Assembly (NCBI GenBank): GCA_000146045.2
Contig: BK006949.2
Coordinates: 160,001 to 224,000 of the forward strand
Direction: 5' to 3'
DNA: 64,000 bases
From: TPA_inf: Saccharomyces
Taxonomy: Eukaryota
In this document: positions 56,012 to 64,000 of the stretch, piece after piece
Layout: each line of letters opens with the position of its first letter
Position numbering within the stretch: position 1 is the stretch's first letter
The notes under the pieces: model-generated
Told to the model about the DNA's origin: nothing
What the model saw: the letters and a program-made list of their open reading frames with translations, nothing else
Databases searched by the model: none
Program-made: the position numbers and the translations under genes

Positions 56012-58363
56012 CTAAAATTCGTTCGTGTTTATTCCATGAAGGTTTTTATTCTCAAGAAAATAGCGTGCTGTATTTTGTAAAATTGTGCCGAGTGTGTTAG
56101 CTTGAACCTGCACAGAGCTCCAGTCCTTGATTGCAATAGTGTCCCTGATTTCAGGGAACGTCCATGAACGAAGTGGGTCACCTTTGTCGACCCAGAGTTT
56201 TGGCCCGAAGATAACGTTCTTGTAAAAGGTTCTATCCATTAACCCTTCCTCCAAACATTGGGTAACGCCTATTAGGGAAAGTAGGTAGTTCCATGACCAA
56301 CGATTAATGGCAATGATAGTGGGTTCTATATATGTACCGGCTCCATACATAAGCTCTGTCCATTCGCTTTTCCATTTTTCGAACTGCAGTTTAGTGTTTT
56401 CCCACAATGTTGTGCCCAAAAAGACTTCGTCAAAGTTTACCGTATCAGGACATTCTTTTTGGAGGTCTTTTAACGTAGTTGAAAGGAAATCTACGTAGTT
56501 CGATATGCTGAATGGGATGAATGGATCGTCAATGAGCTCGAGTGATTTTTCGACAAGATATAGCATTATCTCAGAAAGTACCTCTCCCTTCTTTTTGTCT
56601 CTTAGTTTATCTTTGATGAAATCGAATTTGTCTTCTACTGTGTAGATCGGATGTTCTCTATTCATGACTCCTGGAGATGAAATGATCGCAACTGGAATCC
56701 CTTGCGCTAGATACGGCGTCCAGTCGCCGAACTGGTGAACATTATCCACTTTAACGTTAAATTTACGGCTTGTCATGTTTTTTTGAAAAAGATCTACTAG
56801 TAGCGGATGACATTGTATCTCTAAATTGTTACTATCATCCCATATACCGATTTGGCCGACGTCGATAATGGTGTATATTTCACTCTTCAATGCCTCTGTT
56901 CTCTTTTCCATCAGCTCCGTGGCTCCCGCTTCATTAAATTCAGAGCCCCCAAAGGAAATGAAATATATATTTCTTAGAGGCTTCCAGTCAAATTTGTAAA
57001 CCATTTCTTGATATAATTGGATCAGAGACAGCAAAACGACGGTTCCAAAAGAAGGATACATAGTGCCATAACTAGCAGAGTTCCTCGGTGCAGCAATAAC
57101 AATTGCCCTGCCCGCTTGTTCCGATCCTTCAATTTTACCAACTATATCGTGAACCGGGTGGCGTTCCCTAATTGCTGTTTGCACTAGTAGGTCAAGTCGA
57201 CAATCGTTAAGCGACCCACTGAATAAATTATTAGAAAACTTTACGCCAGTGTCTGATAATATAGCTAGTATTTTATCTCCTTGATTGGCAGATATCGGTA
57301 TGGATGGAATTTTGGGTAGGCACTTGGCTTCCGTAGCATCGATAGGATCTCTTATTGATCCTTCCCATTCAGGCGTAAGTGCATCACCAGTACCATACTG
57401 CGGCAACGCAACTGACTTCATTTGTATCACGTCTTTGTTGTCTTGATAAGGCTCAGAAATAAAGATAATTGCTTTCGCACCATATTCTTGAGCAGTCAAC
57501 ATTTGTTGGAAAACATAATCTCCGTAATGCACTAGTAAAATAAAGTCACCGTTTAAAAGCCCTTGATCTTGCATAGAAGCCATATCGTCCAACGATGCTT
57601 TATTAGCATAAATCACCGGTATGTTGTTCAATTGACCATTATGGCTCATTGGGTTAAAGTTCTCCTCATTTAAGGGAATATCAAACCCTTCTGTATCATC
57701 CTTTGAATATACACGAAGTGAGACATTTCCTGGGTAATTCGAATACGCCATGAACTCCTCTTCCCCAGCTAGCCTTATACCATTTTTGTCGAACGACTCT
57801 TTAATATAATGTCTAATAGCGGCATCACCACTTGTTCCTGACATGTGGGGCATACTACTAATATACTCTAAATCTCTTTCTATCTTTGAAAGGTCTATCG
57901 ATTTCCGAGCATACTGTAAAAGGAGATCATGGTCCGAGAATGATCCATTTGAACCTCGAGCTTTTCCATTCGGTAACCTATCACTCGCAATAATCAACGC
58001 TGCAATGATAGACATCATCATGATGTAAAATATTCTCCTCATTACCATAACATTACCTATTTTACTTAAGAACAAATCGAATTTCTCAGAGGCCAGGGAA
58101 ATCATTTGTGCTAGCGGATCCACTACATTTTTCTTTACTGGAATCACCACGTTATTTTCAAAACACATACGAAATCGCTGGACTTTCTCACTAAAGGCTT
58201 CCGGAGCCTGCGGTTCTTCCATCCCCATCTCTTCCACATATACCGGGGGTTCTGATGGCATTCCTATAGCTTGCTCAAAGTCCTGCGAGTTTAGCTCATC
58301 TTGTGAGTTATTTGCTGGTTCTTCAACATTCGGAAGAGTAGTGTAGCCCCTAGTATTCACCAT
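56012..58363 (-). CDS. TRE1: Transferrin-receptor-like (PA/M28 domain) type II membrane protein
   Basis: The first ATG is at 58363 (MVNTRGYTTLP..), giving 783 aa. The ORF-track start at 58411 is TTG. TM segment IFYIMMMSIIAALIIA. PA and peptidase-M28-like domains. Confidence 0.8.
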   Translation of the reverse strand: MVNTRGYTTLPNVEEPANNSQDELNSQDFEQAIGMPSEPPVYVEEMGMEEPQAPEAFSEKVQRFRMCFENNVVIPVKKNVVDPLAQMISLASEKFDLFLSKIGNVMVMRRIFYIMMMSIIAALIIASDRLPNGKARGSNGSFSDHDLLLQYARKSIDLSKIERDLEYISSMPHMSGTSGDAAIRHYIKESFDKNGIRLAGEEEFMAYSNYPGNVSLRVYSKDDTEGFDIPLNEENFNPMSHNGQLNNIPVIYANKASLDDMASMQDQGLLNGDFILLVHYGDYVFQQMLTAQEYGAKAIIFISEPYQDNKDVIQMKSVALPQYGTGDALTPEWEGSIRDPIDATEAKCLPKIPSIPISANQGDKILAILSDTGVKFSNNLFSGSLNDCRLDLLVQTAIRERHPVHDIVGKIEGSEQAGRAIVIAAPRNSASYGTMYPSFGTVVLLSLIQLYQEMVYKFDWKPLRNIYFISFGGSEFNEAGATELMEKRTEALKSEIYTIIDVGQIGIWDDSNNLEIQCHPLLVDLFQKNMTSRKFNVKVDNVHQFGDWTPYLAQGIPVAIISSPGVMNREHPIYTVEDKFDFIKDKLRDKKKGEVLSEIMLYLVEKSLELIDDPFIPFSISNYVDFLSTTLKDLQKECPDTVNFDEVFLGTTLWENTKLQFEKWKSEWTELMYGAGTYIEPTIIAINRWSWNYLLSLIGVTQCLEEGLMDRTFYKNVIFGPKLWVDKGDPLRSWTFPEIRDTIAIKDWSSVQVQANTLGTILQNTARYFLENKNLHGINTNEF

Positions 58364-58629
58364 ATCCTTTGTATACTCATATGCGAACTTGTCTAATACA
58401 ATGTATACCAAAAATAACAGCTTGAAAAAAATCTCAGGGTCTTTTCATTGAATAATCTCATTCTGCTATTTTAAGTTTTTCGTTTGCAACCCGAGACTGT
58501 CGAGCTAGAAAATTTCATTGATACGATTTAAAAATAATCGATGCCAGTAATAGCCTCAAAAAACTTATGCAAAAATACGAGATACTATAAACTACAGCTT
58601 AGCTAACTCTAACATTATTATATAAAACA

Positions 58630-60088
58630 ATGGGCTTCAATATAGCGTATGTCTAGCTCACAGCATGTGTTCCAAATACATTAAAGAAGATCTCTTTTGT
58701 TGTTGATACTAACCAGTAAAGTTGAGAGTTATAACAATGAAAATAGGATGCTGTGCGACTTTTTTTATCCACAGTTAGGTGGAGTCGAATTCCATATATA
58801 TCATTTATCGCAGAAACTAATCGATTTGGGCCATTCTGTCGTCATTATAACTCACGCTTACAAAGATCGAGTCGGCGTACGACATCTTACCAACGGTCTA
58901 AAGGTCTATCACGTACCATTTTTTGTGATTTTCAGAGAAACCACTTTCCCCACTGTTTTTTCAACATTTCCAATAATAAGGAATATTCTTCTCAGAGAGC
59001 AGATCCAAATTGTTCATTCTCATGGTAGCGCTTCCACGTTCGCTCACGAGGGAATTCTTCATGCTAATACTATGGGATTGAGAACTGTGTTCACGGACCA
59101 TTCACTCTACGGTTTTAATAACTTAACGTCGATTTGGGTGAATAAGTTGCTAACATTTACCTTGACAAACATAGATCGGGTTATATGTGTTTCTAATACA
59201 TGCAAAGAAAATATGATTGTTAGAACAGAATTAAGTCCTGATATAATCTCAGTAATTCCCAACGCAGTGGTGAGCGAAGATTTCAAACCAAGGGATCCTA
59301 CTGGTGGCACCAAGAGAAAACAAAGTAGGGATAAGATAGTGATCGTGGTCATCGGAAGGCTCTTTCCAAACAAAGGGTCCGATTTACTTACTCGCATAAT
59401 TCCGAAAGTTTGTTCCTCACATGAAGATGTCGAATTTATAGTAGCGGGCGATGGTCCAAAGTTCATAGATTTTCAACAAATGATTGAAAGTCATAGACTA
59501 CAAAAACGTGTGCAACTCTTAGGCTCTGTTCCACATGAGAAAGTCAGGGATGTATTATGTCAAGGTGACATATATTTACACGCTAGTTTAACAGAAGCAT
59601 TTGGTACAATTCTAGTTGAGGCCGCATCTTGTAATTTGCTAATTGTAACGACACAAGTCGGAGGAATTCCCGAAGTGTTACCAAATGAGATGACTGTTTA
59701 TGCAGAACAGACATCCGTTTCTGACCTTGTTCAAGCAACAAATAAAGCTATCAATATCATAAGAAGTAAAGCTTTGGACACTTCCTCTTTTCATGATAGC
59801 GTGTCTAAAATGTACGACTGGATGGACGTAGCCAAAAGGACAGTAGAGATATATACTAATATATCTTCTACTTCTTCCGCTGATGATAAAGATTGGATGA
59901 AAATGGTAGCAAATCTTTACAAAAGAGATGGAATCTGGGCTAAACATCTTTATCTGTTATGTGGAATTGTAGAGTACATGCTTTTTTTCCTCTTAGAGTG
60001 GCTATACCCCAGGGATGAAATCGATCTAGCTCCAAAATGGCCCAAGAAAACAGTGTCTAACGAGACGAAGGAAGCAAGAGAAACTTAA
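58630..60088 (+). CDS. SPT14: GPI-GlcNAc transferase catalytic subunit (PIG-A homolog). Two exons: join(58630..58646, 58747..60088).
   Basis: Exon 1 is ATGGGCTTCAATATAGC. The intron runs GTATGT(58647)..TACTAAC(58707-58713)..AATAG(58746). The spliced N-terminus is [24 protein letters not shown].. (452 aa). GT4 glycosyltransferase fold. Confidence 0.85.
58647..58746 (+). other. SPT14: SPT14 intron (100 nt)
   Basis: GTATGT 5' splice site, TACTAAC branchpoint, and a 3' splice site AG 33 nt downstream of the branchpoint. Confidence 0.85.
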
Positions 60089-60166
60089 ACTTTACACAAA
60101 ACAAAGGAATGTTGTATCCATTTATTTACTGTATTTGAATGTTATAGACCTGCTAGAATCACTCAG

Positions 60167-62773
60167 TCATTTGTAATATGTAACAACATTTTGAGATTTG
60201 AGTCGTATATTTTTCCTCTTGCGCTTTAAATACGAAATGTAAGAATGATCTCTTTCATGCCAGAGTTCATCTTCTGCCAAAGGTTGATCAAGCTTTAAAT
60301 CTAAAATCCGTGAGGTACTCACGAAGTTGAACATTTCTATCCCCAAGGTGTCCAAACTGTGGTTGATATGTTCTTTGAATGGTTGCTTATTTTCCACAGC
60401 TGGAAGCTCGTCTAACCAGCTGAAATCGATGCTCACTCGTTTCTGCTCTTTTATTTGTCGTCTTATGGTTTCTCTCAATTCCATGATTTCCGAAACTAAA
60501 TTTACTCTATCTACTTTCTCTCTGTCTAAATAAATTTTGTTCAACGTATTATTATCCTTTATTTGATATAGTTTGAGCTCCATATTCTTCAAACGGTTTA
60601 CTAGGTTGAAATTTTCTTCTTTCAGCTTGTTAAGAATTTCTGTTTTGCCACAATTTTCCTCATTTTTGTTATTTAACTCTACTTTGAGTGTTTTGATATT
60701 CTCTTCAAGGGTTTTCCTCTCTAAATCCCTCCCAATAATAATTTTAATTTTTGTTTCCAATTCAGTTAGCATATTTTCCTTTTGGACCAGTACTTCTTTG
60801 AGTCGAATGTTCTCTTCATTCAAGCGATCGCTTAATAACGAGTTTGAAAAATTGCCCTCCTTAATATTACATTGACTTTCTGAATCACTTGTTTGTTGAC
60901 TGGGTTGCTCAGGAAATATAGTTATGTTTTCTAAGAGACTTTCTATTCCTTGAAAAAATACCTCTAGTTTTTTCAAAGAAGAAATACGTTTGTAATCTTG
61001 TCGCAAAAACAGTGCATCTGAAAAAAGTATCGTTAAGATAGAGGACAGGGTTATATCACAGGAAGGATATAAAAATAACCTATTGTCTTGTTTCGAAATT
61101 TCTTCCTTTCCGATAAGTTTATCTATTCTGGCAATAAGTGAAAGTGATCTCTCGTAAAGGGAACCAATAAGACATAGGGTATCATTGTCATTGAAATTGC
61201 TGTTCGTTCTAAGAAAAGCCAACAGCTTCGGAACAGTTGTTTCCAATATCGGATGAAGTATTTTTAGTATCAAGGTCACATCCTTATCTAGAAACTTATT
61301 ATCTTCTAAAAACTGACAAATGGAAAAGGCGGTTTCCTGTTTAGAAGAAAACTTCCTTTGCAAAAACTCGCTTAGCCACATCGAAATCGGAGCAATATTT
61401 ACTTTGAAACATTGTAATGTCGTTTCCAGGTGATCGGGAGTATTCTTTATGGTGTAAATATGAAGCGCATAACTGATAGAGCTCAACACTTTTAGAATTA
61501 TATGGATTTCAATATTCTCCAACTTTCCAAAATTTTCACTTTCGATTACTTCGGCTAAATATTGCAATTGAGAGGAAAGAGCCGCCAAATGTGGTTGTGC
61601 AAATGGCTCATATATTTGGTAAAATTTCTTTAGCAATTTATTTTGATATAATTCCTCCTGTAAAGTGTTCACTTTTAGTTCAAGACTTTGAAATTTGTGA
61701 GATGTTTTGGCTTCAATAGATTCCAATGTTGCTTTTAATCTTGAATTTTCTTCGATATATGTGCCTGCTATCTCCTTTTCATTTTCCAATGCAGATTGCA
61801 AATTACTTAATTGCAGTCTCAGTTCTTGCTCGAGTTGCTCATAGGTAATTCTTAAATTTTCATCCAATTTTTCTTTTGCCTGTAGTTCCTCCAACTCATT
61901 GTTTAAAGCCTTTATATTACTTGTGAGTAGGATATTATCATTAGTCAATTTATCAACAATATTAGATGATTTACTTTGAGCTTCAATCTGCAAGGCAAGG
62001 TCGCCGATTGTATTATTAGTCTGTTGCAATTGCAGACCTAAATCCGATATTTTTTTAGATAATACTGCATTTTCTTCTAATAACTGAGTATTCTCCTCGA
62101 GCAGGTCCTCTTGCACCTTCATAGCTTTATCATATGACAACTTTGTTTGGTCGAGTAGTCCCTGAAGAAGATGGCTCCTTTCTAACAGTGTGCCTTTGTC
62201 GAGATCCGGTGCCATTACACTATCTGAAGCATCTAATAGGTGATTGAAATTATCCAAATGAGTTTTCATATTACCATTTTCCACTTTCAGTTCTTTGACT
62301 AGTTTATCCAATCTTGAGATTTTAGACAATAGAACAGTTTCATTAGTACTCAGCTTTTCAACGGAAGTTTTCAGCTCATGATTTTCTATTTTAATTTTAT
62401 TTAATTTGGACGCCAATGATTCACATTTTACTTGTAGATTCTTAATTGTTTCTTGCGCTGCATTACCATTTAGCAAACTATGCTCATCGTCATCTGGTTT
62501 ATAAAACTGCAACGTATCTTTCTTGCAGAAAAGACCATAATAACCACCATTTGAATTAGCTTTCTTCAGGTCGATATCAAAGTAACGAATACCGTTAGCG
62601 CTTCCATCATTCTTTCCTAACGGTTTATCTAGTTCAATGCCGTACCATATGCCTTTTGCAAATTGAGTTTCCCCAATGAATTTCACCCGCCCCTTCATCT
62701 CGTTGACTAGAACTGTGTCCTGTAAGCTTATCTTCTGCATATTTGTGTCAACTTGAACACCTGCATTGCGCAT
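60167..62773 (-). CDS. NIP100: Dynactin large subunit (p150-Glued homolog)
   Basis: 868 aa. N-terminal CAP-Gly (GRVKFIGETQFAKGIWYGIELDKPLGKNDGS) followed by long coiled-coil segments. Confidence 0.88.
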   Translation of the reverse strand: MRNAGVQVDTNMQKISLQDTVLVNEMKGRVKFIGETQFAKGIWYGIELDKPLGKNDGSANGIRYFDIDLKKANSNGGYYGLFCKKDTLQFYKPDDDEHSLLNGNAAQETIKNLQVKCESLASKLNKIKIENHELKTSVEKLSTNETVLLSKISRLDKLVKELKVENGNMKTHLDNFNHLLDASDSVMAPDLDKGTLLERSHLLQGLLDQTKLSYDKAMKVQEDLLEENTQLLEENAVLSKKISDLGLQLQQTNNTIGDLALQIEAQSKSSNIVDKLTNDNILLTSNIKALNNELEELQAKEKLDENLRITYEQLEQELRLQLSNLQSALENEKEIAGTYIEENSRLKATLESIEAKTSHKFQSLELKVNTLQEELYQNKLLKKFYQIYEPFAQPHLAALSSQLQYLAEVIESENFGKLENIEIHIILKVLSSISYALHIYTIKNTPDHLETTLQCFKVNIAPISMWLSEFLQRKFSSKQETAFSICQFLEDNKFLDKDVTLILKILHPILETTVPKLLAFLRTNSNFNDNDTLCLIGSLYERSLSLIARIDKLIGKEEISKQDNRLFLYPSCDITLSSILTILFSDALFLRQDYKRISSLKKLEVFFQGIESLLENITIFPEQPSQQTSDSESQCNIKEGNFSNSLLSDRLNEENIRLKEVLVQKENMLTELETKIKIIIGRDLERKTLEENIKTLKVELNNKNEENCGKTEILNKLKEENFNLVNRLKNMELKLYQIKDNNTLNKIYLDREKVDRVNLVSEIMELRETIRRQIKEQKRVSIDFSWLDELPAVENKQPFKEHINHSLDTLGIEMFNFVSTSRILDLKLDQPLAEDELWHERDHSYISYLKRKRKNIRLKSQNVVTYYK

Positions 62774-63136
62774 TTGTCCAAGGCTGTACTGCGAGGTTGA
62801 TGGAGATCGAATCTAGAATAGTATTATGTACTTTGCAAAAGTAAAGTACAACATAAAGTCTAGCAGCATATGAGTAACTCTCTACAGTTACGCCAACAAT
62901 CTCAGTGTGGAGGTTAGAGTAAAAAGAAAGCACCTTACAACTGTACGTTTACATAAGTGACTTTTCAACATATATGCATTTTTTGTTAAGCATTGTAAAA
63001 TACCCGGTTGAAAAGCGACATGAAAAATAACGACATGTTAGATTCAAAAGTACCTACTGCTCTTTAACAGCTACTTAAGGATTACCTGATAAGAGTAATC
63101 CACCGTAAAGAACATTATCAGCAACAAAATTTGTAA

Positions 63137-64000
<864 letters not shown>

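Overview
The window reads as a contiguous piece of the Saccharomyces cerevisiae nuclear genome: AT-rich intergenic DNA, GTATGT...TACTAAC...AG spliceosomal introns, Ty LTRs beside a tRNA gene, and the prepro-alpha-factor gene. Gene order and strands match the left arm of chromosome XVI from YPL207W (TYW1, 5'-truncated at the window start) to YPL173W (MRPL40, 3'-truncated at the window end). I can support about 33 protein-coding genes. Two contain introns that the six-frame ORF track cannot resolve: RPL7B has three exons with an 11-nt first exon, and SPT14 has a 17-nt first exon. There is one intronic box C/D snoRNA (snR59-like, in RPL7B intron 2), one tRNA-Glu(UUC), and two solo Ty LTRs upstream of that tRNA, including a Ty1 delta with an intact 5-bp target-site duplication. 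The ORF track allowed TTG/GTG starts, so several ORFs (TPK2, YIG1, YPL191C/MIY1, TRE1, RTT10) run upstream of the real ATG; corrected starts are given below. I did not run any database search; gene names come from recognising the protein sequences and the conserved gene order. I do not see a convincing novel multi-gene system. The most noteworthy sequence-level observations are: the tRNA/Ty insertion hotspot; the intron-encoded snoRNA and the micro-exons; the paired CC(A/T)6GG-type Mcm1/alpha1-like elements upstream of MF(ALPHA)1; pheromone-response elements upstream of PRM3; an unusual roughly 250-bp GC-rich island in the 2-kb region upstream of CUP9; the easily missed 68-aa ORF COA2; and several coding low-complexity or tandem-repeat tracts (TYW1 Cys/Gly/Lys repeat, NAB3 poly-Q and D/E tracts, MRN1 poly-N, the alpha-factor repeat array).
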